DNA of 62,830 nt, filler included, from Asterionella formosa (lineage: Eukaryota): assembly GCA_002256025.1 (NCBI GenBank). It is 4 parts of 4 records of this genome, joined end to end, with 100 filler letters (N's around TTAATTAATTAA, not from the genome) between each part and the next. Parts side by side here need not be neighbours in the genome. Positions count along the whole stretch, not along the records: positions 15,758 to 31,391 come from NKIB01005342.1; 3 more parts are not named here. One strand, given 5' to 3'. The notes under the pieces are model-generated. The model saw only the letters and a list, made by a program, of their open reading frames with translations. It made no database searches and was not told the DNA's origin. This document shows positions 20,485-31,491 of the stretch, in pieces (the stretch's first letter is position 1; each line of letters opens with the position of its first letter). A program made the position numbers and the translations under genes.

Positions 20485-21639
20485 ATGGGTACACTGTTCA
20501 GAATGCTTTTCAAAAGCACTATTATTCTTTGGTATTCTATTTTCAACCTTATTGGTGAAGAAACATCTTCAGCTAGGGCGTTGACCATCAATACCAAAGG
20601 AAACGGCTTATCGTCCCTTCATAAAGTCAGAAACACCGACAACCTTAACTCAACGACCCGTACCCTTTTTGGCGGCACGAAGAGGGGACTTGTCCTGCAA
20701 TATAGATTGGACGACGTAGATAAGAGCGTCGTACTGATAAAAGAATACCAAACTCCAGTATTTAACCGCTTTCCGATATACTCCATGATATCTCGAGAAA
20801 CCAACAACGGGATTACAGAACTTTTCTGTGCTGGCGGAGACCGGTACATTTCAGTATGGCAACTGTCCACCAACAATTTGGAATTCAAGCAAAGGTTGGG
20901 GCCTCATACAGGATGGGTTAAGGACGTGGCATTAGATTCGCAGAGAGGCCTTTTGTATAGCATTGGGTGCAACTGCATCGAAACATGGGGTTTGACGGAA
21001 ACGATGGAAAAGGAGTGCTACCATGTTAGTACTCGTTCCGTCAAGTCAAGTCCCCAGGAAGGGTCAACGCTTTCAAGCGACGTGCTTTGTATGGCCATGC
21101 AAGGTGATGAATCATGTTTATATGTTGGGGGAGTTGATGGTCGTATCCATGTTTGGTCGTCCGATGTTTCGATTCAACATCCACTGCAGTCTGTGAGCGC
21201 CAGCGATGGGCGAATTAATGTACTCATCCTTGCTAAGCTGTCTCGACTGCTGTTTTCTACTGGTCACGGGGGTTATGTTCAATGTCGAATGGTGTCCGAT
21301 GGGGGTTTAATCAGTAGCCAAGAATGCGGAAGTATCAAATTGGTGTCATCTACTGGCAGCAAAGTACGAGTCACAGCTGCGACCATGATTGCCGAGAACG
21401 ACATGGGTGCTATTATTGTTCTTGGTACAAGTGCTGGTGGTCTACATCTGATTAAGGCAATTATTGATGCCGATGAGGTCGCTCTCACAGAAGATCACAG
21501 TATCAAAATGCCCGAAATTGGCACAAACTCGCAGATTAATTCAATTGTTCGAATTGGTGATGTTGACTCTACCCAGTGTTCCCTTCTCGTTGGGCACTCT
21601 ACGGGGATGGAAAAAATAGATATCGTCATTTACCGGTAG
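20485..21639 (+). CDS. WD40-repeat (beta-propeller) protein with hydrophobic N-terminus
   Basis: AGGDRYISVW, GPHTGWVKDVAL, LYVGGVDGRIHVW repeats; first plausible ATG at 20485. Confidence 0.75.
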   Translation: MGTLFRMLFKSTIILWYSIFNLIGEETSSARALTINTKGNGLSSLHKVRNTDNLNSTTRTLFGGTKRGLVLQYRLDDVDKSVVLIKEYQTPVFNRFPIYSMISRETNNGITELFCAGGDRYISVWQLSTNNLEFKQRLGPHTGWVKDVALDSQRGLLYSIGCNCIETWGLTETMEKECYHVSTRSVKSSPQEGSTLSSDVLCMAMQGDESCLYVGGVDGRIHVWSSDVSIQHPLQSVSASDGRINVLILAKLSRLLFSTGHGGYVQCRMVSDGGLISSQECGSIKLVSSTGSKVRVTAATMIAENDMGAIIVLGTSAGGLHLIKAIIDADEVALTEDHSIKMPEIGTNSQINSIVRIGDVDSTQCSLLVGHSTGMEKIDIVIYR

Positions 21640-21685
21640 TCTAAACCAAACTTTGCTATAAATTCAACCCTGACCTGGGATCACG

Positions 21686-22624
21686 TCACTTTGTGATTTC
21701 TTCAGCCCTTTCCACTGGAATTGCTGTTCGTTTAAACACAGTTCTAAAAACAGGAAGGTCTTTGTTCAACACACTAATTTCTCGTTCGGTGGGAATACCA
21801 ATTATGTTTTCCTTCATATATTCCTCATTGTTCTCTACTTGGTCTTGAAAATACTGTGAATGCTCACGAAATCGGGCCCTCATGTCATCCAGAACGTTCT
21901 GAATGTCACTTTGTAGGAATAGAGTTGCTGATTCTGGCATGAACTCTGCAAGAGTCATGACAAGTTTGGATGTCACCACTCTTCGTTTCGCATGTGCAGT
22001 TTTAAAGTGCGGATCTGGGAATTGAATTGAAACCATGTCCAGTGGTCCACCCCCAGCATCCATGTGCCGTTTCAAGATTCGATACAAATCGACATTAGCA
22101 TTGCACCCGACATAATCCAAATATCCTTGCAGTCCATGCTTTCCAATCCTCTCCCTTGCAAACTGCACAACATTGGGTCGAATTTCCAAACCAAGGTAGT
22201 TCTTGCTTGGTTGTGCAGCCGCCACTTCCAACAGAAACCCCCCTTTGCCACATCCAATATCAAGATGCAAAGGACGGCTTGTGTCGTGAAACACGTCCTT
22301 CGGCCACTCCTCTGAGAGGGTAGTTGGCAGCTGATATTGCCTTTCAAGGGGGTTGACATGCTGCCGAAATCTTGCTTTTTTGTTGGGGCTGGAACGGTTG
22401 CTTTGTGGTCGTTCCCAGGGCGTGAACGACGTTGCTCCCTCGTCGTTATTACTTGACTCCGATTTTGTAAACGACGAATCGCTTGAAAGAGTCGCACGTA
22501 AAATGCGGCTATGAACCACCGGGCCTCGTCTGAGGAATGCACCTGATGATCGGAAGGCAGTAGCAACGGGTGGTTTGCAAACCACTTGAATCAACATGAT
22601 GGCGATCGTCAGGCGACAGTACAT
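21686..22624 (-). CDS. trmB: tRNA (guanine-N7)-methyltransferase, bacterial type, probably plastid-targeted
   Basis: RFRQHVNPL, LDIGCGKGGFL, LGLEIR, IQFPDPHFK, QSD, PTERE; signal peptide ending ATA-F followed by a Ser/Arg-rich transit-like peptide. Confidence 0.93.
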   Translation of the reverse strand: MYCRLTIAIMLIQVVCKPPVATAFRSSGAFLRRGPVVHSRILRATLSSDSSFTKSESSNNDEGATSFTPWERPQSNRSSPNKKARFRQHVNPLERQYQLPTTLSEEWPKDVFHDTSRPLHLDIGCGKGGFLLEVAAAQPSKNYLGLEIRPNVVQFARERIGKHGLQGYLDYVGCNANVDLYRILKRHMDAGGGPLDMVSIQFPDPHFKTAHAKRRVVTSKLVMTLAEFMPESATLFLQSDIQNVLDDMRARFREHSQYFQDQVENNEEYMKENIIGIPTEREISVLNKDLPVFRTVFKRTAIPVERAEEITK

Positions 22625-22750
22625 TCTTCCTCTTTCAAAGTATGTACGGTAGTCGAGCCGCTCTGGATCCCTGGTCCAATATTGTCGTTGCGTATGATAG
22701 GGAAGAAGCTATCGGGGGTATTACTATGATTTCTGTTAACCAAAAGAAAC

Positions 22751-23113
22751 TATCGGTACCGGTACTGTACCACTGTCAGGAAGCATGCAAGTCACTGCTT
22801 TTTGGAACTGGTGAGATGTGATCGTAGTTGAAAAAGGCCCTCCTACCGGTACATATTTTGTGCATTATATGAGCACATATACAAACGGGAGATGGAGCGA
22901 GTGATCTTTTAGTGGCGGCGTAACAACGACACGCAGGACAGGCAAGAATCGGTATCGTTCATAGAAATATTTACCGGTATATACCGGTATGTAAACCCGT
23001 AATTGACTACCGGTACCAGTACCGGGTGGTAATAATAATACTACCGGTGGCATGGAGTACCAGATAACTGTTTTACTATAAATATACTCATGTTCTTTGT
23101 TACCTACCGGTAT
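22751..23113. repeat. TACCGGTA palindrome cluster in the trmB/ESS2 divergent promoter
   Basis: ggtaccggtac (22755), taccggtac (22844), taccggtatataccggta (22972-22989), taccggtaccagtaccgg (23008), taccggta (23105). Confidence 0.82.
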
Positions 23114-23239
23114 TTACTGCTGATAACCACATCTGAAATTCGTTTCTATTGCTTGACGGGTTTATCATGATTATTTCTTCTTTACCCAAATATTGCTAGC
23201 ACCAGAAAAGACGTTGCTCACTCCAGTCTTTGTCAAATC

Positions 23240-24709
23240 ATGAGCGAAAGCAAGAAGAGACAACTGCGGAAAGTTCTTCAAGAAGAGGATTACATATCAA
23301 CTCTTTCCAGCATTGTTCAACGAGATTACTTTCCAGACCTGCCTGAGTTGCAGAAGAAGGCTGCAGTTATGGGGAGACGTGCTGTTAGAGATTTCGCCGG
23401 TGCGGTTGCTGTGCGTCGAGCTGCTAGAAGCATAGAAGGGCACGAAGTGGAATTGGCGCGGGCAGAAGAGGATGACGAACTCAACGTCGACGCCAATGGC
23501 GTGCGACATGTACCAAGACCATTGCATCGGGAGACTCTGACGGGATTTCACGCCCGAGTTACCAGTGAAGATAATCATGAATTCGAACAGACTCAACAAC
23601 GTGAAGTTAAGGCACGCCGAGAAATCCTTAACGAAGTTTTTGGTCAGAATGGTCCTGCTATTTCTGATGGTCGGGAAATTGGCAATCGTACACCATTGAT
23701 GGCATCGGACCAATTCATGCCCACTTATCATCGATTAAATGCACCCAAAAATACATCCGCGGGGAATAGCTTCTTTTTTACTCCAGATCACGCCAGCAAC
23801 TACCAAAATAATTCACCCAAACATTCAAAATTGATGATTCTTGATGCACCGACAAAGGAGGAAAGAAAGGACTGTGAATTGATGCCTCCTCCAGAACAAA
23901 GACAAACAACTGAAAAATCTTCATTCCTAATGCCTAGGCGAGATATGGTTGAATTCATTCCAAAGGAAAGTGTCGAGAAACACATTCAGCCATCCCAAAC
24001 AAGATTCTCGACTGAAATTGTTGTATCCCAACAAAACTTGTTGGGGAACGGCGATGATGGTTCATCAACAACTGATTATTCTACAGATGCATTAACTGAC
24101 CTGGATAGTGTACCTGTCCCACTTTACATGGAACGAAATGCGAGAACCAAACGTCAAGACAGGGAACAGCAAATGTTGGTGGCAATGACACCTATGATTA
24201 TTCCAGGTAGAGCAGGAGCACCAGATTCTCCAATCACAACATGGGGAACAATAAATAGCACACCGATTGTATTGGGTGGTATGGAATATGTGATAAATGA
24301 CATGCCAATGTTTAGTGTGCCCAATGAGAACGCGAAAGAAAGAGCTGCCAGAATAGCAGAAGCAAACCTGGTGAAAAAAAGCAGAACAACAAAGGCAAAG
24401 AGAGAGAGCCGGTCCATGACACCAGTAGTTAATCATATCACATCATTAACTCCAGCAGCAAGGTTATTTCTGGCCAAGACTCATTGCACAGGATCATCCT
24501 CGTTTCGAGCGGGAAGTGCTCTAGGTTCTGCCCTTCGTTCATCATACACTCCAAGGGTCAGTTCACAGCAACCATCCAGTCGGCAAAGTGACCACAACAT
24601 CACACCAAGGATTACATCAAGGAATACAAATGCTATACTTCCAAGCAGTCACTCAAATGAAGAGCCAAAACGAGGCCAAAATTTAACAGATGGCCTGTTA
24701 AATATATGA
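23240..24709 (+). CDS. ESS2: Splicing factor ESS2/DGCR14 (Es2 family)
   Basis: VLQEEDYISTLSSIVQRDYFPDL, FHARVTSEDNHEF, SPITTWGTINSTP, SLTPAAR, LRSSYTP match Es2 family blocks. Confidence 0.88.
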   Translation: MSESKKRQLRKVLQEEDYISTLSSIVQRDYFPDLPELQKKAAVMGRRAVRDFAGAVAVRRAARSIEGHEVELARAEEDDELNVDANGVRHVPRPLHRETLTGFHARVTSEDNHEFEQTQQREVKARREILNEVFGQNGPAISDGREIGNRTPLMASDQFMPTYHRLNAPKNTSAGNSFFFTPDHASNYQNNSPKHSKLMILDAPTKEERKDCELMPPPEQRQTTEKSSFLMPRRDMVEFIPKESVEKHIQPSQTRFSTEIVVSQQNLLGNGDDGSSTTDYSTDALTDLDSVPVPLYMERNARTKRQDREQQMLVAMTPMIIPGRAGAPDSPITTWGTINSTPIVLGGMEYVINDMPMFSVPNENAKERAARIAEANLVKKSRTTKAKRESRSMTPVVNHITSLTPAARLFLAKTHCTGSSSFRAGSALGSALRSSYTPRVSSQQPSSRQSDHNITPRITSRNTNAILPSSHSNEEPKRGQNLTDGLLNI

Positions 24710-25378
24710 AACTGTTCTGATGGACAGAATTAACCCACTTTTATGTATGGCAATTTTTGCAAAGGATATAATTGAATGATCAGGTTACGAATGCCTTATG
24801 AACCAAATGTTTTGGGACCTTAATTCACTGTCCAAGATGATTTCATGGTAAGTTGACACATAACATTTTATAATCTAATTGGGTGAGTTGCATATTTTTT
24901 CATCTGGATTGACTTGATTCTTGCAATCTTTNNNNNNNNNNNNNNNNNNNNNNNNNNNNNNNNNNNNNNNNNNNNNNNNNNNNNNNNNNNNNNNNNNNNN
25001 NNNNNNNNNNNNNNNNNNNNNNNNNNNNNNNNNNNNNNNNNNNNNNNNNNNNNNNNNNNNNNNNNNNNNNNNNNNNNNNNNNNNNNNNNNNNNNNNNNNN
25101 NNNNNNNNNNNNNNNNNNNNNNNNNNNNNNNNNNNNNNNNNNNNNNNNNNNNNNNNNNNNNNNNNNNNNNNNNNNNNNNNNNNNNNNNNNNNNNNNNNNN
25201 NNNNNNNNNNNNNNNNNNNNNNNNNNNNNNNNNNNNNNNNNNNNNNNNNNNNNNNNNNNNNNNNNNNNNNNNNNNNNNNNNNNNNNNNNNNNNNNNNNNN
25301 NNNNNNNNNNNNNNNNNNNAGGACCCAGAGGTCCCCACAGCTGGAATGTTATACCCCGAAATTCTGTGATCGGCGCTA

Positions 25379-25572
25379 TAGTACTGTTACTGGTACCAGG
25401 TACTACTGATTACTGGTACATGGAAAGGGTCCCTGGTAGCGTACCTGGTACCAGGTACCGGTACCTGGTAGTCTCTTTCGTATGGTACCGTACTATGCCG
25501 GCGGACTTGCATTATGAGCATACCTAGTACCTGGCACCAGGTACCCTGGTATACCGGTGCGTATATACCGGT
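25379..25572. repeat. Dense palindromic GTACC(W)GGTAC array upstream of MAD1
   Basis: Contains perfect palindromes gtacctggtaccaggtac (25441-25458) and taccaggtaccggtacctggta (25449-25470). Confidence 0.88.
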
Positions 25573-25674
25573 GCTTGTCAACGTATTTTTTGACGTCGAA
25601 AATTGACAATAACAAGAAACAAACAAGCAAAACGAATCAATCCTCCTTCCCTTTTGCAATCACTTTCATTGGCC

Positions 25675-27630
25675 ATGTCAACCGTCAAGTTCGGCAACAG
25701 TAAGAGAGTCCTAGAGCTCCCAGGTGAAGAACCTCCTTCGAGAAGATCACGATTGTCACAGTCCCTCCTGGAAGCAGAAATTGAATCTTTGAAATCAGAG
25801 CTTGAACATGAACGATCCCTTCGCGAACTTGATCACCGACGTGCACAGCAAGCTCAACAGCGTCTTGAACGCCAAGTTCAGTTCGCAACAGAAGAAACAG
25901 AAGAATTGAAACATTTGATGGAAGAATTCCGCAGAGAGTCAGAGGCACGCATTCAGGATCTTCGAGAATCGAGGGCAGGAACGCTGGCAGACCTCAGAGA
26001 CTGCGAACAACGTTTACAAGAAATGAGTTGCATTGAAGATCAAAAACACGATCGGAAATTGGCAGAAGAACAGAAGTGTCTTTTGCAATCCCAGCTTCAA
26101 GCGCGATCTGAAGAAGTAGAGGATCTCCGTGAGCGTCTGCAGGAAGTGACAAAGGACGCATTGGCAAAGCAAGTGAGTAGAATGAGCACAATAGATGTCA
26201 ACGAAAAGGACCCTTTTCCAACTGGTCATTTATCTCCTGCGCCAAAGGCAGTGTTGAAGGAGTTAAACCGAACTCGTCTTGAGTTGGCTGAATCTGAGCG
26301 AATGTACCGCCAGCTTTGCCGAAAGTCCGATGAATGGCAACAAAAGGCTCAACAGTATGTTTATTACAAAGAGGCGGCTCGTAACGCGACTGCTCGTGTT
26401 GCGAAATTAGAAGGCGAATTGAGAGAAGCGCACAAAAAATTGGAAAATCTTCATTCTACCAATGATACTTGGGGTGATTTTGCTAGAGAGTTGGGCAAGA
26501 ACTTAAGCTTATCATTAGGCAAGGGAGGACCTCCAGAAATTGCAACTGTGTTGCGACACTTTCAGAGACACATCAAGCAAGCAAAGACTGCCGAGGCTGA
26601 AAAGGCATCGCTTGAAGATGAGGCAGAATCGTACAAGAATCAAATTACTGCATTGGAAATGCAATCTCGGGACACTAGCACTCTCCTTGCGAGAGCCAAG
26701 AGGGATAATAAGGAACTCGAAGCAAAAATAGACACTCTTCATCAACGCATACGAACATTGGAATCCCAAGAGGGAATTTGGCAGCGTGAAGCGGGCAGTC
26801 TACGCGATCTTGTTAAGATATTTGATGATATGGCACCAGGAGTCAGTACAACTAACAGTGCTTCCGTGAAAACATTGGAGCTGGCATTGGGTACAGCTCA
26901 TGAGGAACATAAAGTGATCAAGAACGACCGTGACATTTTAAGCAAAAAGTTGATTGATCTTGAGGCTGAGAAGAAGAATGTACAGAATGAATACGACCAA
27001 ATCTTAGATAAGTTCACCAAGCTTCGCGATGCGTTGATGGAGGAGCGAGCAAAAGCTAGCAAAGCACAAGATCGCGCCATACATGCAGAACTCTTGGCTG
27101 GACAAGGAGCCTTCAATCCCAATGAAACTCGTGCTTTACATATGGATAAGAACCCACTTATCGATGCAATACGCGAACGATACCAAGCAGAAATTTACTC
27201 GCTTCGTCGAAAGCTGGAACAAATGACAGGTGAGAAGATTCCGGATGGTATTCTTCCAACTCCAGAGGGCGTCGACCCAAACAAACTTCACCAGCGTTTG
27301 AAAGAATCTTTCAAGGAGCAAATCAATATATTTCGCGAAGGCGTTTACCTTATCACTGGATACAAGATTGATATGATGCACAAGAGCAATGGTTCTTCCT
27401 TTCGTGTACGGTCCGTTTACGCTGAAAGGGAGGAAGATTTTCTTGAGTTTTACTGGCCCAAGGGGGTCAAAGATCCTAAATCTCTTGAGCTGGGAGTCAC
27501 TGATTTTGCCAAAATGTTGAGTACAACTCACTCTTATCAATATCTGAAGAAATATGACAGTTGTCCGGCATTTGTTGCCAGCACTCAATTGAGCCTGTTC
27601 GAGAAGTGCACAATAGTACAATTCGGTTAG
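25675..27630 (+). CDS. MAD1: Mitotic spindle checkpoint protein MAD1
   Basis: Long coiled coil, MAD2-interaction-like motif TRALHMDKNP, then RLKESF...FREGVYLITGYKID, FRVRSVYAE and PAFVASTQLSLF of the C-terminal RWD domain; ATG at 25675. Confidence 0.9.
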   Translation: MSTVKFGNSKRVLELPGEEPPSRRSRLSQSLLEAEIESLKSELEHERSLRELDHRRAQQAQQRLERQVQFATEETEELKHLMEEFRRESEARIQDLRESRAGTLADLRDCEQRLQEMSCIEDQKHDRKLAEEQKCLLQSQLQARSEEVEDLRERLQEVTKDALAKQVSRMSTIDVNEKDPFPTGHLSPAPKAVLKELNRTRLELAESERMYRQLCRKSDEWQQKAQQYVYYKEAARNATARVAKLEGELREAHKKLENLHSTNDTWGDFARELGKNLSLSLGKGGPPEIATVLRHFQRHIKQAKTAEAEKASLEDEAESYKNQITALEMQSRDTSTLLARAKRDNKELEAKIDTLHQRIRTLESQEGIWQREAGSLRDLVKIFDDMAPGVSTTNSASVKTLELALGTAHEEHKVIKNDRDILSKKLIDLEAEKKNVQNEYDQILDKFTKLRDALMEERAKASKAQDRAIHAELLAGQGAFNPNETRALHMDKNPLIDAIRERYQAEIYSLRRKLEQMTGEKIPDGILPTPEGVDPNKLHQRLKESFKEQINIFREGVYLITGYKIDMMHKSNGSSFRVRSVYAEREEDFLEFYWPKGVKDPKSLELGVTDFAKMLSTTHSYQYLKKYDSCPAFVASTQLSLFEKCTIVQFG

Positions 27631-27760
27631 TGTAGTGAACAGTGTACACTCATATCAATATTTGAACTAATATGACAGTTGTCCGTCTTTTGTTGCCAGC
27701 ACTTGATGCAGCCTGTTCGAGCAGTGCACATTGGTAAAAGGTACAATTCTGTTAGTGCAG
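27529..27760 (+). repeat. Degenerate tandem duplication of the last ~105 nt of MAD1
   Basis: 27529-27635 (cactcttatcaatatctgaagaaatatgacagttgtccggca...) recurs at 27646-27760 (cactcatatcaatatttgaactaatatgacagttgtccgtct...) with substitutions and indels. Confidence 0.85.
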
Positions 27761-27805
27761 CTTATTGTGTATTTACAGTAGCTAGTACTAGATCATTTAG
27801 TGCAT

Positions 27806-30800
27806 TTAGTTGCAATCGATCTGTTGAGTAAAGAAACCATTGAAGTCCAGTCGAATACAGAGATTTGCAATGTGAGACTGGAACTGGCCTTTGGACTCGG
27901 ACTGCAATGTTTGCATGAACTCAGAGAGATTGGCGTCAAATACTTCACAGTATCGCTTAATCATCCGCTTGTACGATTCGTTGTGGAGTTCACGCTCTAC
28001 TCTAGTTGTTTGCTTTTCGATGCGGTGGCGGCGCTCCTCTTGATCTTGAGCGACGATTCTGCGCAATTGGGCCCTATTCATGGACGGCTTGCCCAAACTG
28101 TTCAAGTTTCTTTGAATGAGGCTTCTCTTCTTGTTAGCAGCGATTTCATTCTCTTCGTTCTGCAATACCAGTAGATCAGAAACGAGGAACAACAATAACA
28201 CGAGGAAAATGGGGTACTTACAATCTTTGTTGCCAGCATAAATCGGTCCATTTGTTCCGAAAAGAGTAAGCAAGTTGTCATCAACTTTGTAAGCGACTGC
28301 ACAATAGTTTGATTCGTGAGAAGGCATTGTTCCAATGATTGATCCAAGAACAAATTGTGCGCCTTCATCAGACTATCCACAGTCTCTGTTCCAGGCCGGT
28401 GAGATAGATCAGTCATGAGCTGATATTGCTCTCCAATCGTCTTTGTAAGCTCACGCCAGTTTGGCTCAATAACCTCCAGCATCATGTAGTAGATCAAATT
28501 TTGCATCAAGTGCAGCATTCTTTGTCGCAGGCAAAACGTTTGCCTCAGGTCTCCGTGAAGGTCTTGCAGCAATTTCATTGTTTGATGGCTTGACCAAATT
28601 GCAACTAGTCGGCGCTCGATGTTCTTCGCGAAAAATAGTTGGCGGAAAAGGAGTTTATACTTTGAAAGGTTTTGCTCCGAAATGAAAAGAGAAGTAGGAA
28701 ACTCAACCACCGGAAAGTCCAATGTGAACGCCATCATACCTGTTAATCCCTTCACGGTGCCGTAAGGGAACTTCGAAGGTGTCCTCAGCTCTATTTTCTG
28801 GATTCCACCGCTGGACGAGTGGCGCGAATCAAGCTCCGCAATCAAGCTATCAGCTGCAAATTTGCATCGAATGAAGCAAGCAGATAAAGGCTGAAGAGTT
28901 CGCAATGGGACAGACAAAGTTGAGACAGACATTGAATCGTCCAACGTAGTTTCTGTGACCTGTAGAGCAGTACTCAACCAATGCTGTGTTCTTCCAAGTG
29001 AAACACTAGAAACATCCCTCGAAAGCTCGCTTTCGGCGTCACCTAGAAAATTGAGAAGGAAATCACCTTGATCAAGAAGGAAATAGCGCTTCATAGTGCG
29101 AAGAGATCGTGGAAGGTCATAGTCACACAATATGAGACGAAGAAGTCGTGTCGATACAGATTGATACAATCGATCGACAGTTGAAGCCAGAGAGGGTTGG
29201 TCCATGTTGTATACCAACGGTTCTGTCGCTTTCTGCTCGACAGCAGCTGATGAATGGCTTACAAACTCACCAGTTTCACAGAAATGTATAGCGTTTAAGT
29301 ACTTCCCAGTAGCCAGAACCTTTTCACGTAAAAGATTCGGAGAAAGTGCGCCATCTATAACATTTTCTGTCACAATCATGAACAATCTGTTCCAACTATC
29401 CCCGTCACAAAGGCTGTCAATAGTGGACTCGTGGGATCGTTCAATCATAAACTCATTGAAAGGGTCATCAAGAATCCCAGTTTCAAGCCATGATTGCAGT
29501 ATCGCCATGTATGGAACAGACGAGCGGTCAAGTAGCAAGTGTAGGATCGCTTGAGCTTGACTGTCACCGACGAACATTCTCAACTTGAGATCACGAATTG
29601 CGTTCAGCAAGCACCCTCCTTTCTTCACTTTAGCTTCAAGAACAACTCGATCCAAAATTGATAATGTATGTCGATGTCCCTGGACTCTGACGAACAGATT
29701 GTTCAACGTAAGAGGAGTTTCGCCGACTATTTGACTATTGCGAAATTCAAGTGAAATTGAAACCATGTCTCGATCATATTCTTGAAGCAGATCATCAACA
29801 GCTTGGCAGAGAGCTTGCACAATTCGACCGAACTCGTATCCAGGAACATGATCAGCAAGAAATCGTCGAATGCTTATGTAAGAAGTGGATAGTGGCAGGA
29901 TAAAATCCACAAGATTTCGAAGGCTTGGTGTCACCGAGGTTTCTTCATCCAGTGCAAAGATTGTCTTCGGATCATGTATGATCTTGATCAATTCGCCTTC
30001 CAGACCCATCATTGAGGCAATCACTTCGTCAACTAACATTCTTTCTTGTTCAAGTGGACACAGCTTCTGAGCATTTCTTGCTCCAATAATTCCTCCTGTA
30101 ACTAATGTTCCTGTTAATCGAAAGCTCGCTGATTTCTCAATGATCCAATGAGGGCACGGAGGCACGTTTGATAAAAATAGGCGAAAGCTCTGACGATCAG
30201 AGGGCACAATTTGACTGTGATGTTCAATTCTGTCTGCAGCACTTTCACCCTTGTGTGACTCTTCATACGAATCCGTGAGCACTGTGAGTCCAATGGTTGC
30301 GTCAGCCGAGTTGACGGACAGGAGGCCCCCATTAAGATGGTTCCGCAATACTACTGCTTCTCCTGATCGAACCATTTGAGTTAGTCCCAGTTGACGCTTT
30401 TTACTTTTCATGTGTTGCAAAGCCGCTGGCCCAATCCACAAACGCCTATTTGGGTGTAAAATACTCCATCGTTCAGCTTGACCTATGACTGGACTAGCAC
30501 AGACAATTTCCCACGTTACACCATTCATCTCATCTGTAGATATCTTCTGGATTCCTAGAAAGGTCTTCTTTTGAGGGGAGTAAAAAGCGACGGATTCTCC
30601 ATACCGAATTGTGTCATCAAGTGAACCTGATGTAGCCAGTTTAATTTGCAACGCCTCATTTGAATTTCCAAGCCCGACTCCACTGAGCAACGCTGATTTA
30701 CTGTCCGATACGGTCAAAGTTGCGAGAGAAAAGCATGGCTTTATCGTTACAGTTGATGTCGAAGTGAGACACAACGCATTCAGCAGCTCATTTGCAGCAA

Positions 30801-31215
30801 TAGGTTCTGGACCTTCCACAACTGCCTCATCCTCATCTAGTGTCAACCTATTCTGCCCAAATCTCGCATTGGCAGCAGACGAAAGCACATCTTTGGAACT
30901 ATACGCCACAGATTTCTTATTTTTCTGCAGTGATTGTGTCATATTCTTTGGCGTTGCTTCCTGGTCCCCTTGTGAAACAACCGATTCATTCGTTGTGGAA
31001 GCAAGGACAGTTACCACAGTCTTCGTCTCCTTTGCGACCCTCGTTTGCTCCGGTTCTCTCAGGAACGAACCCAAATCTAACGTTCGAGACGATGATGAAT
31101 ACGTCGGGGTGATTGTCTCTAATTGGGATGCACCGTTCGTAGGTGTACCTCGTTGGCGGCGTTTAGCAAGGGCTGCTCTTGCCGCTGGTGTGTCCTTCTT
31201 TCCTCCGATCATCAT
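27806..31215 (-). CDS. TUBGCP2: Gamma-tubulin complex component, GCP2/Spc97-like; exons 31215-28222 and 28159-27806
   Basis: GRIP motifs EFGRIVQALC, PYMAILQSWLETGILDDPFNEFMI, VLATGKYLNAI, MKRYFLLDQGDF, YYMMLEVIEPNW; a 62-nt GTAAGT...CAG intron (28221-28160) joins the terminal LCIRLDFNGFF exon. Confidence 0.9.
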
Positions 31216-31391
31216 TGTAATTATTGAGCTCGTCTTTCAAGTCAGCCGAGCGGCAGAGAAGCCAGCGAAAAACAGGGGGGGGGGGACCAGGCAAAGGAGT
31301 TGAAAGGAGACTGCAACTCGAACGATTAATTGGGTCGGCTTGAAATTCCCATTTCAAGTGATGAATTTAGCATTTTTATTTGCTTGCGAAT

Positions 31392-31491
31392 NNNNNNNNN
31401 NNNNNNNNNNNNNNNNNNNNNNNNNNNNNNNNNNNTTAATTAATTAANNNNNNNNNNNNNNNNNNNNNNNNNNNNNNNNNNNNNNNNNNNN
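31392..31491. other. Artificial scaffold-concatenation spacer
   Basis: 44 N + TTAATTAATTAA (31436-31447) + 44 N. Confidence 0.97.

Noticed and set aside
27806..28327. Separate 173-aa gene
   Set aside because: Its 3' part is the terminal exon of GCP2.
30611..31303. 230-aa plus-strand ORF (likewise 17935-18630, 45234-45806, 57872-58444)
   Set aside because: Antisense shadows of well-supported genes with no domain signal.
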